64,000 nucleotides of DNA, from assembly GCF_009914755.1 (NCBI RefSeq), contig NC_060929.1. The stretch is one strand, 5' to 3'. Origin of the DNA: the human T2T-CHM13v2.0 reference genome, Homo sapiens. The notes below the pieces were generated by a model. The model ran no database searches. It was not told the origin of the DNA and saw only the letters and a list, made by a program, of their open reading frames with translations. The translations under genes were made by a program, and so were the position numbers. Positions 1 to 14,347 of the stretch are shown one piece after another; position 1 is the stretch's first letter, and each line of letters begins with the position of its first letter.

Positions 1-230
1 ATAAGATTCTCCAGCACCAGCCAGAACCCTCACCCCCGGACAATGATAACATGAGTCCCTTGTTCCAGAAACCGATGTCAGGAATATTCAGGGTCCTGCC
101 AACACAATGTAGGCAGCAGTTTGAAGCTTCTATTGCCCCATATAGTTGGGTTTTGTCTCTCAGGACCAGGATTGGGTCTGGTCATGCTGTGGAAGAAAGT
201 AAAAGACTCCCTTTCCTTAAGCAGATTCAC

Positions 231-1137
<907 letters not shown>

Positions 1138-1489
1138 TCAGTTGATTTGGTAGATCAATCTCTACTCACTGAGAAACACCCACCCTCCACTCTGAGCAAT
1201 GCTGACAATCTTAAGTGCAATTTAATATGTGCTCCCTGCTTCCCCTGCAAGGTAGTAAGAGATTTATAATATAAATAAGAGAGAGGAGGTTTTGCCTCAT
1301 TTAAGCAGTTTGGAAGAGACTGATGGCCAATTTGGAAGACACTGGACAGAGAAACAAACCCAGCACTCCACTTAGCCAAAGAAGCACCTCTATCAAGTTT
1401 AGGTGGTACTCTTACGAACTGGCAAGAGGGAAGGGACTTTTACCTCCACTCAACCTTCTAATAATAATAAATAATAATTATGGAAGCGG

Positions 1490-1720
1490 CTAATATTTAC
1501 GAAACATTTCTTGGTGCCAGGCTCCGTGCTAAGCCCTCAGTGATTTATTTTCTCACCATAAATCAAGTCATTTAATCCTCACCATACTTCAAGAGAGAAC
1601 CCATTTTACAGAGGAGGAAATGGAAGCACAAAGGGTCATAGAGCTAGCAAGTGACCAGAGCAGGATTTGAACCAAGACAGCAGAGGCTTCAGAGGCTGAA
1701 ATATTAACCTCTCAGCCCTG
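1490..1720 (-). mobile_element. MIR fragment
   Basis: MIR core: tcatttaatcctcac...cccattttacagaggaggaaa...ggatttgaacc. Confidence 0.7.
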
Positions 1721-2354
1721 ACTTACAAAAGCCCTCCATAACCTCTGGGAATTTATGGAAAGGCATGAAAGTGCCATCACTTTCACAACCATGGACTCCT
1801 CCAGCCCTCACGGAACATCATTAGAACATCCTGGGGCTCTGCAATGCAACCAACAGGGAAGGAAAGCCAGATGGGGCTTACATCAGCCTGAACCCCAGGG
1901 AGGGGAATTTTCAATGTGGAGAGTGAAGGCTGTGGGGGTTTGTAATCTCTCTCATTCAAGGAAGGCTCAGAGTTCAAGTGCTCTTCACTCCAGTTCAGTG
2001 TTACATGCCATCCCCCGTCTTAAAAGTGGTTTCATTTTTAGTTTTCTTATAGTTGAATGGATTTCACTTGTAGGAGTTTATTACAAACCAGTCCCCAAAA
2101 GGAAACCCTGGGGTGGAAAGGAATCTCTACTCCTCCCCACCTATCAAGTTGAACTTAAGGGTCCCTAGGGTACCTTCATTGATGGGGTCCCTGGCCCAGG
2201 TCTGTGAGGAAGGGAGGGAGCCAGGGCACAGAGAGTCCTAGAATACTGAATCAGCAGGATATCAAAATCCCCAGAACACGCGCAACACTGTATTTGCTGC
2301 TTGGCGGGTCTGGGAGCCCAGAACCAGCCAGTCTGACACTCACTGCATTTGTAC

Positions 2355-2376
2355 CTGTGGGGAGGGGGCTGAGCAT
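2355..2376 (-). CDS. SPRY4: First coding segment of the SPRY4 long isoform (M-L-S-P-L-P-T-G, phase-1 donor)
   Basis: Minus strand reads ATG CTC AGC CCC CTC CCC ACA G|gtacaa, matching the recalled N-terminal extension. Confidence 0.88.
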
Positions 2377-2405
2377 CAGGCTGCAAACCGCTCAATACAG
2401 GCTGG
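2355..2405 (-). other. SPRY4: SPRY4 alternative (cassette) exon 2, 51 nt
   Basis: Acceptor ttcttttcag|CCAG at 2406/2405 (second CAG 4 nt downstream); donor CAG|gtacaa at 2355/2354. Confidence 0.8.
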
Positions 2406-4807
2406 CTGAAAAGAATCAAGAGGCATGTTAAATGTCCGCACAATTGAGCAGGATGCCTAATCCCACCCACCCACACCCTCCCCTTGACTTACCCTAGGGA
2501 GGTGAGTTGGGAAATATTGGGAAAACCTGACAGTTGTACTTTGAAAGCTACAGGTCAGCTAATGACAAACTGGCAAGAGGCTGTGAATGAATGGGTAGTT
2601 TAAGCACTGCCCCATTCAGTCTCAGCGGGTTCTTTCAGTGAAGGCTGTTTAACCCTTTAAACAACTCAGAATAAAGGTCTCTAGGCTGCCAGAGAGCCTG
2701 CCCACCACTATTGCTTGGTTCTTTGTGACACTATTCCAGTTTAGCTAATTAAGCTACAACCAAATAATGACTTATTGCTTTAAAAGGACTTTAAAAAGAG
2801 GGGGAGGGATGCTGAGGGAAGCAGAGGACTTGCCCCTCCCTATACCCTGCAAAGAAAGACAATCTCTGCTGAGAATGGCCCCAGTGGAAGAATAAAGCAT
2901 TTGGGCAGCTGGATTTGTCTATGAATCTTTCTTCCTTCCCCCACCTCCCTACCCCCAGCACCAGCACTAAGAAGCTCACCTCTGGCCACAATCTGTCAGA
3001 GATCACAAAAAAAAAACGGTTGTTTTTCATCACTTCATCCCACCACATTACCGATTCCCAACCCTCTTCTCTTCTCTCTTTCACAGCCAATCAGCTGAGC
3101 TCCAAAGCCCCAGCACACGGAAGGGTGGGAATCTTGCTGGACTTTGGGCTTTGGGCTATTTAATCAGCTTCGAGTTTCTGCTTCACTGTATTACCGCCTT
3201 AATTGTCTGCTCAGATTCCCATAAAGAAGGATTAGAAGCCAAGAGTCAGTAAAGAAGGAGTCAGAAGGAGCCTGTTAACCACTGGCATAGTTTGGGAACT
3301 ACTGGCCAAGTCCAGGTCTGGGTGGGACCAGAACCCTAGACTCCTAGGGCAGGGCTTCCTCCCACAGACACTAAGATCTTATTATTTGTCTTCTTACCCT
3401 CCACCAAGAAATGAACTTACAATAATAGATTTTAGCTTACTCCTGGGACAGGAGCAGGAAATGACTTCCCCTTCCCCCAACCAAAAAAAGACTACTGACA
3501 AGGGAAACCACTCTTCTGCAAGTGGCCACCTGCCCCGAAGGGCCCCTTCCCTTCTCCGCCAGATCCAGCACATCTGTGCTCCCTCCCCTGTGCCCTTGCT
3601 TCCTTCACTGACTGGGGCCTGTCCTTGGAAAGAACAATCATGATCACAGCTGAACTGTGGAGCCTCTTAAGCCCAGCCACATGTCCCGGATACATTCCCC
3701 AGCCTTGTCAGCTGTCCGGATCTGCAGGGTGGCCCCAGACCCCGAGAGCCAAGAATACCCTCCCTCTTACATCATGCAACACCCCACACCTCCTGTGCAG
3801 GAAAGGGGCACCCTTAAAACTAGGCCCTCCTCCTAGGAGCCCAATAATAACCATGAGCATGGCCCTAGTCCTGGCCGCTCACTAGCAGCTCTGCTGGCCT
3901 CTGTCCCCTTGGGAAGAGTTTATTTTCTCTACTGTGCAGATGGGGAAGCTAAGGCCATGCTTAGCAGGTTTGCCTAGTCACACATCTGCTCTGTTCTGGC
4001 CCCTGGCTTGGTCTGGAAGGGACAATACAGCTTTCTGAAAGTTGTTCACCTACCCCTGGCTCTTTTGAAAGAGCAAAAACATATTCTAATGAGTCACTGC
4101 TTTCTCCTTTCAGGGAGATAAGGTCGGCCCTGAGATAGAACCTTCTCCACTCTAGCCATTTCCCTTCCTTAAAAACTCTGTCATGTCTACATTCAAAACC
4201 CCAAATTTTCAACTTTGTCTCCAAATTCAGAGGCCTGGGCGAGAATCCTTAGCCAGGTTGTCATCACAAGGGAACTGCCACCTAAGTAGAGGCCAGATGA
4301 CAAACACTGTGGATTTAGAACCAAATGGAACACTATGATTCTCCAAGAAACACTGGACTTTTCTGAATAACGAGGGAGGGCTCCTTCCTAGGCCTCCTTT
4401 GCACCAACACCCAGGCCCTCATCAACAGGATAGCCCAAGGACAGAAAAACACACTGTGGGGGCACAAATCTTGGAGCTAGAAGATGTCAAACAACAAGAC
4501 ATTCAGCCCTGTAAACTGGAATCCCCACATATGGTCCCAAAGTATTAAATCCCAGAGCAACACAGCTCAAGGGTCACTTCTGTAAGTATTAATGGGTTTT
4601 ATTCCTCTCTTAACTTTTATATCACTGATTTTCAAATTTGGCACTGAAAGGCTGCTTTCATTTATTATTCACGAAAGTCAGCCAAACCTCTGGTTTACCA
4701 AAGTTGGGGCTGGGGTCATGGGTGGGTGCGAACTGGGCAGGACAGATTTCCAAAGAGCCACATCTCTCCGCCAATTCTGGGAGGATGCAGATAAAAATGA
4801 CATGTGA

Positions 4808-5166
<359 letters not shown>

Positions 5167-6639
5167 CTACTATGTGTTCTGTCTCCTCCCACCAGCCCCC
5201 AACTAAAGCTTCAGTGAGATGAGGCCATTTCAGAGGGTGATCTGGAAAAGGTCATGGAGCTGGGCAGGAGGGCTAAGGGCAAGAGGGCATTTACACTCCA
5301 CTGAAAGGGAGTGACTCCTGATAACCAACAGATGCCTTTAAAGTCTGCTCACTGTAACTGACCAATATTTGTCCATGAAGATTTCAGAAATCTGCTACTA
5401 AAATCCCCACCCTACACCCGTACTGGCCACATGGCGTGGTTGGTAAGTGTGTGTGCTGTTCACCACATTAGGATTTGCTGGAGCCTCGCAGCACGTGAGA
5501 ACCCTCCCAAGAGATGGGAAAGAGGAAATGTGATTTCACACTGGACATCTCCACTAGTTCTTTCCCACCCTTCTGGGAGACAGAGAGGGAGAGAGAAAGA
5601 GAAATCTTTAACTGCAGCCCTGCCTCTCCTAGCTCTCCTGACACCCGCCCTAAAAAAAAAAAAAAAAAGGCTGAAAATTTCAGAGATGTTTATGCTCCAT
5701 TTGTGTGAAGATCTGGAGAACTCCAAACATTGTGAAATCCACCAGTGCAATATTGGGTAGGGCCTCAGGCCAGACTGAGCTCATTAAGAGATTGATAAAC
5801 CCGCAGTTCCCAACTTCTCTGAGCCTTATACCTTCCAGCTTTGAATCCCGAGAGACTTGTCAGGGAGGTTAGTGCCTCGGTCAGCTACAGACACAGACGA
5901 GTGCTTGCTCCCGCCCCTCTGCAAGTTCTTTGGCCTCCAGTGTGTCTGGCCTCTCCCAAAACTGGAGAGAATCACGCCACTGATTTGGAGGCAGGAAAGA
6001 AGGGGATGCCACTAGGTTTGGGCACCCCACTGTACACTCTTCTTTCCAGCACTAACCGCGCTGGGGGGTACGGAAGCCTTGCTGCGCCAGAAGGCGGCCT
6101 CCTGCCCTCACAGAGGCCTTGGCAATATGGATGCCCCTCCAGCAGCTGGTGAAAGAGGCAGCCAGCAGCTCCCTACTCTGCCTACCATCTAGCCCCTCCA
6201 GCCCATTTCGCCTCTCTTGCCCATCCTTCAGCCCTATAAGCCACGCAACCATTTTCTGTCTCCCCTGCCTCTCCTGCCCACAACCCCCTGCCCCCAATCA
6301 AGGAGAATTGAGAAACCGTCTTCTTGCACAAGAGCAGCTACTGTCTAAATGCTTTTTGATCGTCTGCATGGAGGGGGAACTGGGCACAGCCCTGGACCCA
6401 GTGATGGAGCCAAGCTCTAGCTGCCCTGGCTAGCCAAACCCGCCCTCACCCAGCTCACTGTCCCCGGGGTCTTGGCGATTCAGAATTTGTCAGAACATAC
6501 CGTCTCTATCCTCTTCTCTGTGATGTCAAGCCTGGTACCACCAAGAAGGAAGGAGGGAAAGCAGGAGCCTTATCTCTCCTACATTCGCAACCTCTTCCTC
6601 CAGCTCCCACACGCCTGGTGTTATGTAAACGCACCTTCA

Positions 6640-8990
6640 ACCCCCACCGCAGCCCTAGCGCGGCCTGGGGGCTCCGGGGCCTGGCACAGCTCGGTGCCCG
6701 AGGATAGGGAGGTACAGGGTGGCCGAGGAGCCTCAGGCCTTACAGAGGCCAGGCAAGAAAAAGTCAACTGCAAGGCAGTTGCATAGCATAAAATGCGGCA
6801 GCGGAGCAAAGGTCAGACGGCGAGGAACCGCCTCGCCAAGGAGAGGGAGTAGGAATGCCCAGTCCTGAGCCAGCCCCTCGCTGACCATCGAGGGAGAGGC
6901 AGAAGGGGAGGGAATTCAGTCCGTCACGGCTCCGAAGAGAAAGAAAAAATCTACGTCGAGCATAGGCCGCTACGGCGGGCTGGGAGATACACGGCAAAGC
7001 TGGCACCGTGGGCACCGAGCTGGGAGGTGGGCGAGCCGCCCAGAGCGAGGGCGCCCCCCGACCCAAACGGTGGCTCCTGACCAAGCCCAGAGACGCCCGT
7101 TCCAGCGTTCGAGGCGGATGGTGGCAGGAGAAGGAAAGAGGCCAGGCCAGAGGCAAACTCCCGGGACACGCACGGGGCTTCCCGAGTCTCAGAGGGCGGG
7201 GAAGCCGGGCTTGGCAATGCCCAGGGGTCGGAAACGGCGGTGCCAGGCTGTGAACACCCCCGGCGCCGTGCCGGCCGGGCCGAGGGCGTCAGGGAGCTGC
7301 GGCGCACCGCAGCGACTCAAGGAGGCGCAGGCTGAGGGAAGGAACACTGAGGCGCGCCTAGAAATAGCGCACCATTTGCCCCAGCCCAAGGGGGGAGTCG
7401 CGTCGCGGCTCAGAGAGGGGCAGTTTCAGATCTCCAAACCAGCCATGGACTTACTTTGAGGAGCTGCAGGGTCACAAGCATCGCCCCACGTCTGTGTAAA
7501 TCCTGAAGCCGGGGCAGGTTAGCCGCCGCTGTACTCGCAGACGCCGGTCGGAGGAACCGGCAAGGCTCCCTGCGCTCCACAGCGCCAGCTCCGCGCTGTC
7601 AGCTCAGCTCGCTACCTCCGCGGCGATGTTGCAACCACTGCCTGGGAAAATGGCTTTTTTATGAATGGGAGGGAAGGGAGCGCCAGTGCGCACGCGTGCC
7701 GTTCGCGATTCTATGAATGGGTGGGCACAACAGACCCTGAGCGCGCATGCGCTCCGCTCCTTTTTTTATGAATGGGGGGCGGGAAAAGATCTTAACCCGT
7801 GATTGCTGGGACTGGCTCAAGCTCCACCAGGAGCCGTCGTTCTTTTACAAAGAGGGGTGGAGGTTCCAGTGGAGGCTGTTGTTGCCTTTTTTTTTTTTTT
7901 TTTAATGAATGGAGGGCGGCGGCGACTGCTGCAGCTGGGCCAGCTGCGCGGGCTGCACCCCCTCCCAGCCTGCGAGAGGAGGTAAAGGCCACCTTCACGC
8001 CACTGCGGGCCTGGGCAGGAACCGTCAGTGTCGCTGGGGGGTGGGGGACGCTGCGGCCTCCGGATCCCGGGTTGAGAGCAGGGTGGTGGAGGGCACACCT
8101 AGATCTGGGGATCTCTGCCCCCCGCAGGCAGTCAAAAGGGGGGGCGGGAGGACCCCTACTGGGGGCCTTCTCTTGCTCTAGACCAGAGACGCCAGGCGGG
8201 AGGGGTCTTGAAGCTGCGTTTACCAAAAATTAGGAAAATGTCCATCATTCATATCAAAGGGTGGGGTGAGGATTGGTGAGTGAATCTGGTTCTTTTTCCT
8301 GAGGCTGAATCTCTCGTGAGTGCTGGCCGCCCCTCCCCCCATTTCTTGGGTGTAGACAGTGACTGGGCCCAGGCCTCTTCCGGCTCCAGTACCCCCCGGG
8401 GCGATTCTGGCAACTCAGCCAGAGGAAGCCTGGCCCTCGCCTCCCAGCGTTCCCCCCGCCCCCCGCCCCAGTGCAATGTCCGCAGTGCCCGGGCGTCTGC
8501 CCGCTCTCTGTCGCCCTAGCTAGGTGTCCTTTCTCTGTCCCAGTCGGTTTCCCAGCCCTCACAGGACGCTGGCCTGAGGAGCCTCGGTCCACCGAAGGCC
8601 CACGGCCCTTCGCTGTTGTAGGCGCCTTTCCCCAATATCCCCCACCTCTCACCGGCCTCCCCTCCGGGGAAGTGGGAGCGGCCGAGAACTGGCCAGGTGG
8701 ATGGGTGGAGCCGGCTGCGCCGAGGATGCTGCCGGGGTGGCCTCAGGATTAAATAACAACGGGGCTCTTGAGCCGCAGAGGAAATGGAAATGGCTGGGGA
8801 TCCTTTCTTCGCTGTTAATGATGGTGGCGTTGGGGGGCGGGGGTGAGGATCAGCTCAAGCCGGTGAAAAGAAAAGCCCCCGCCATTAGGCCTGACTCCAG
8901 GAAGGCGGGGAGCCCTCGCAGCAGGCCCTGCTCCTCCCTGGAACGGAGGAGCCTGTAGCCTCCGGGAAGTCCGGGGCGGGGGGTGGCTTT
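6640..8990. promoter_or_regulatory. CpG island; bidirectional promoter of SPRY4 and SPRY4-AS1
   Basis: High GC and CpG density; NRF1 palindrome GCGCATGCGC 7743-7752; YY1 motif 7647-7654; GC boxes; four ATGAATGG motifs; no Alus. Confidence 0.9.
7455..7655 (-). other. SPRY4: SPRY4 exon 1 (5'UTR); TSS approximate (~7630-7655)
   Basis: Donor CTCAAA|GTAAGT at 7455/7454; lies in a CpG island; YY1-type GCCATTTT at 7654-7647; matches recalled 5'UTR. Confidence 0.85.
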
Positions 8991-10014
8991 GATGCGTGGA
9001 TAAGAGCAGAGTCTGGGCCAGGGCTTGGCCCTGAGTCCCTTGTAAGGTCTGTCTTGCCGCTGTTCTGGCCGCACGGGGAGATTGTGTGGCAGTCTTTTTC
9101 TTCCTACGCCACTATAGGATTGTGCTTGGCTGTTGTCAGAGGAACCAATGAAAGGCTCCCAGCCCAGGGCTGAGGTCTGGCCTAGGGCTGGGGCTGGGAC
9201 TCTAGAGGCAGGCAGCCCAAGGTCACCGAGTCCTAGCCTAAAATGCCTTCTCACCATTCGGCTCACCCCTCCGTGTACTTACCCAGCTCCTGAGGGCAGA
9301 GCAGACTCTCCCCTAGGGAACCTCAGCCTTCCTTTCAGGGGCGAGACCTTTCTCTAAGACCAAGAGAACTCTTCGCCAGAAAAATGGGTACAGTTGTCCA
9401 GGACTTCCTTTTAAGGCTGTTGAAGTTCAGTATCGCCCTCTCTGTCAGCTGTAGAAACTGAGGCCAAGGGTCCTGCACCGGGTATATGGAAGAGCTGGTA
9501 AATTGTAGCACTGATTTTCTAGGTCTTTGCAACCTGGCTTTACTTTGCTACCAACCCTTCTCAGCATCACAGACCTAAAAACCTGTTTCTCGCATGTCAT
9601 TTAAGCATTTTAAACAATGAAAGTTGAAGCAGTAATTTTCCAGCTGGTGCTCACCCATGGCCCTTGCTGAAACAGTCAGAAGGGTGGGAATAAATAAATC
9701 TTAAATCTATGGCAGAAAAGGAGGATTGGAGGAGCCGCGGGGAGGGGGGTTGCTATCCTGTTTTCTTTATTAGAGAAACTCAGGAGACAGACAGGATTAC
9801 ATTTCATAGTCTTTCTCAGCTTCCCTGAAAGAGAATGCGAGGAGACCCCAGCCTGTGGTGGGGAGAAGGAGGAGCTCCCAGTCTTGAGCTGGGAGGGGCC
9901 TCTGATGCTTAAGTACAGCGAGATTCAGAGCGTCTAGAAGGGCTCTGGAGGTCATATTCTGGTTGTGCTTGGAACCTAAGCTGAGGAATGGTTTGGAGCA
10001 GCACTTATGAAAAA

Positions 10015-10052
10015 TTCATTCATTCATTCATTCATTCATTCACTCATTCATT
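10015..10052. repeat. (TTCA)n microsatellite, likely the tail of an antisense L2 continuing to ~10570
   Basis: About 9 CATT units followed by L2-like sequence. Confidence 0.8.
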
Positions 10053-11062
10053 GATCGATTCTGTAGTGGGGCCTGCCCTGACTCTGGAGACTCAGTGGTG
10101 AGGGACAGACAGCCCTCCCTGCCCTTGTGAAGCTCACAGTCTTTTGAAAAGACAGACAGACAGGCTGCAACATGAGGTTCTAAGTGCTAGGAGGGAAATG
10201 AGCTTTCTCTGGGGTATGTTGCTTGCCGGGGAGGTGGGGGATGGTGGAAGGAGCTGATTCTGATTTGGTCATCAGGGAATGTCTCTGAGAGGGCGGCTTC
10301 TAGTTGTGAGTTGAGACCCAAAGACTGAGAAGTGAATCTGAGGGAGGACTGGAGAAACATCTCAGGCAGAGGGAGCATGGGTGGAGGCCGTGTGTGGGAA
10401 AAGCCTGGCATATTAGAGGCACTGACAGAAGGCCTCTGTGGCCACAGCTTTATGAGCAAGTTTGAAGTGAGCCTGGTGAGGAATTCAGATGTCATCCCAT
10501 TAAGGATTTTAAGCAAGGTCTGACACATTCTGATTTGTGTTTTAAACCTCTCCAGCAGCCCTGGGGCCACAGTTTAGGGGGTGAGGGGACAGAACGAAAG
10601 GTGGTTGGGGAATGCAGAGCATTTGCTCCATTGCAGGGTGAAGGCATCATGTTCCTTCTTTAGGATTGGGTGGCCGGTAGGTCTGTGCTGGATTTGTTTT
10701 TCTGCTTCATCTGACTCTGTTCATTCCAAAGCTACTCGATGTCTTCCCCAGGTATAACTTTCCTGCTAGAGGCACATCCTAACAACCTTGCATTCCTGCC
10801 AGGGCTAATGACAATCTTTTACCCTGATTCCAATAAAAACAGCGTCACTCCCACCAGATTGTGGCCAGGGGAGTAGAGTAGGTTCAGTTTTGAGCTTTGT
10901 TCTTTTATTAATCTCCTAGGCTTGCTAGGACCTGGAGTTAGTGGGATTGAGGAGAGGCAGGAATTCCAATTCAATGACAGTCACTTCTGGAGCACTTACT
11001 GTATGCCAGTTGTATGTGCAGCATGTTTTCATATGTAAAATTGTTTCAAAAAGCTGGGTCTT

Positions 11063-11362
11063 TGGCTGGGTGCGGTGGCTCACGCCTGTAATCCCAGCAC
11101 TTTGGGAGGCTGAGGCGGGTGGATCACAAGGTCAGGAGTTCAAGACCAGCCTGGCCAAGATGGTGAAACCCCGTCTGTACTAAAAATACAAAAAAATTAG
11201 CCGGGCGTGGCGGCATGCGCCTGTAATCCCAGCTACTCCAGAGGCTGAGACGGAGAATTGCTTAAACCTGGAGGGGCGGAGCTTGCAGTGAGCCGGGATC
11301 GCGCCACTGCACTCCAGCCTGGGTGACAGAGCGAGACTCCGTCTAAAAAAAAAAAAAAAAAA
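11063..11362 (+). mobile_element. AluS, full length
   Basis: Alu consensus; TSD-like aaaaagctgggtctt/aaaaatgggtctt. Confidence 0.95.
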
Positions 11363-12317
11363 TGGGTCTTGATTGTGTCACCCCTCTTTTGCAGACCAGA
11401 AGTGCAAGGCTCCATTTTAAAATTTTATTTATTCCACAAAAAATTGTTTTTTTGCGTGCTATTTTTGTGACACACTTCTTATGTTTCAGGCATAGTGCCA
11501 GCTGTTAACAGTTATAGTGAGAAAAGGGACAGACACAATTTTTGCTCTTATAGGGCTTATAGACAGTGGTGATGCCACAGGGAGGGCATGGAGAGGTGAG
11601 GATGGCATGTGTTTTCTTCCTACAATCTCCATCAGAACCCCCATTCGTTTCTGTGTTCAGTTGACATTTCTCAACCTTAGTAAGTATTATGCAATGGAAG
11701 CAAAGGCCCCCCTACCCAAACAGATTATTTCCTTCCACCTGTGTAGAAATTCTGGACTCCTACCATTTATAGTCAAGTTCGGGAGATAGACATTAAACAA
11801 ATAGTTGATCAAAGAATCACTTAATTACAGTTAACATCAGCAGTGCATACAAAGTACAGAGAGCAAAGGAGGGGGGCACAGCCTGAGGCCCTCAAGAAGG
11901 TTCCCCAGAACTCAGATCTGCAGAATTCAGACTCAGCCAGGCTGAGCTCAGTGGTAGAAGGCCCAGAACCAGGAAAGAGCCTTGGGGACCCTAGTCCTTT
12001 GAGGAAGAGACGATGTGTCAGAACAAGAGGTTAGAACTCTGGCCTGGCACTACCTCCTAAGCTTTCCGGTTCAGCGTTTCAGCTGTTTCAGCTTTGGGCT
12101 GGACAGCTTGAAAGACAGATGGACAGACACTGCCTACAGATTGCTAGGGTTAAATCCTGCCCTTACATGCTCCATAGTCTCAGACAAGTTATTCAAACTT
12201 TATGTGCCTCAGTTTCCCCCTCTATAAAATGAAAACTGATAGTAGTACTTACCACAAAGGGTTGAGCGGAACTTGAATGGGGTATTGAACATAAGGCACT
12301 TAGAACAGTGCCCAAGC

Positions 12318-13062
12318 CAGGCTCGCCTGTAATCCCAGTGCTTTGGGAGGCAGGAGGATCACCTGAGCCAAGGAGTTCAAGACCAGTCTGGGCAGCATAA
12401 GGAGACACCCCCATCTCTACAGAAAGAAAAAAAAAAAAAAAGCTGGGTGTAGTGGTACACGTCTGTGGTCCCAGCTACTTAGGAGGCTAAGGTGGGAGGA
12501 TAGCTTGAGCCAGGGAGGTTGGGGCTGCAGTAAGCCGTGATTGAGCTAATACATATTAGATAATTATTCAACATATGCAACTGTTTTGTTGCAAAGAATT
12601 AGTTAGAATTTCAACAGAAGCTCATTTATCTGGGTGCATCAAGAACTCAGAAAAACAATCTAAAAATTTTTTTAAAGTCTTTATTAATAAAAAGTTAAAA
12701 CAATTATACTGCAGTTGTCATCAATGTTTTAACTAGAACAGTTTTTGCAGGACAAAAGCATTTTGAGGCCGGGCACGATGGCTCACGCCTGTAATCTCAA
12801 CATTCTGGGAGGCTGAGGCTGGCAGATTGCCTGAGTCCAGGAGTTCAAAAACAGCCTGGGCAACATGGTGAACCCCTGTCTCTACTAAAAATACAAAAAA
12901 TTAGTCAGGCATGGTGGCGCGTGCCTGTAGTCCCAGCTACTTGGGAAGTGGAGGTGGGAGAATCACCTGAGCTCGGGAAGTCTAGGCTGCAATGAGCCAA
13001 AATGGCACCATTGTACCCCAGCCTGGGTGACAGAGTGAGATCCTGTCTCAAAAAAAAAAAAA
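12318..13062 (+). mobile_element. Two Alus (older partial ~12318-12545; full ~12777-13062)
   Basis: Alu consensus and A tails. Confidence 0.9.
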
Positions 13063-14257
13063 TGTGTTTTTAATTGTGTGGTTGGCTACCTTAAATGGTT
13101 GACCAAAGGGTTGATTTTAACCAAGATCAACCCTTGTTTGAAGAGTTTCAGTGGTAACAGGTAGTGTGATATAAGGCTGAATGTGTATGCTGTTGGTTCT
13201 CTTGAATCTGTATGGGTAGGGGGGACATGTTAAGCACTTGGTGACTTGGCATAATTCTTAATCTCTTCAGGCCTTGACTGTAGGAAGGGAATATACATAG
13301 CATCTACTTAGAGGGTTGCTGTAAGCACTAAATGGCATGATGCTTTTCAAGTAACTTAGCCCAGAGCCAGGTGCGTAGCTATTTTTGTGGTCTTCTAGTT
13401 GTTTTGTGTAACAGGGAGATGTTAAAGATTTTAACTTGGCTGTGGTAACACAGGTCACTAGTTTCCTTTTCCCTGCCCTTCTTCCGAGACCCTGGTTTTC
13501 ACTCATGAATTTCTATGGCACAGTTCAAATTTGCGTTTGTTGAAATTCACATTTAAATGCAAGCACACTGTCCATTTCAGATGTGAGAGCTAAATCCAGA
13601 ACAGCCATTGTGAGCAGTGAATATGAAGAATAAAAAAACAAAAAAAAACACAACCCCACCAGTGGCCAGGAGTAACCTCCTTAGTCCTTGCTTGCAAATC
13701 ACAGAAATTCCCTGGTAACCTTGAACACTCAGATGTGACAGTGGTTGACAAGCTCTGGCTTTGGGAACTCCATAAACGGACTTGGCCCAGGGTACTGCCA
13801 CTTAGTTTGTTTAGAGATCTTAGGCAAGTTACTGATCACTTAGAGCCTCAATCTTATTTATGTAATGGGCATGATGATTCCAACTCCATAGGGTGGTTCA
13901 GTAAACACCTCATAAGTGTCTGTGTCCTTTATATAAAAGAATGGGACCCTCAGGAGAAGCACAGGGATAAGGAATGCCCACCTGGACTCATCTGGATCAG
14001 TGACTTTTTGGAGGCCTGATCTTGGCTTTCACACTGCATGGGAGGGATGGGGGCTGGGCCTGTCTTTCTGACTTGACATTTGTGCTTTGGGCCACCTTTA
14101 CTACTCTGGCCTCCATTCATGCCACTTCATTTGGTCATTCATTCATTCAACCAGTATTTAAGCCCCTTCTAGATACCAGGCAGCATGCTAGACCCCAAGG
14201 ACACAACAATGAATGAGTTAGAGGAATCCCTTGCTCTCAAATAGCTTAGTCTAATGA

Positions 14258-14347
<90 letters not shown>

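Noticed and set aside
7792-8233. Overlapping 144-aa ORFs on both strands at the promoter
   Set aside because: Stop-poor GC-rich DNA with poly-T/A giving F/K runs; non-ATG starts.
10015-10052. (TTCA)n as a tandem CIC (TGAATGAA) array
   Set aside because: Typical L2 tail found genome-wide; no sequence evidence of specific function, although it is 2.4 kb from the promoter.
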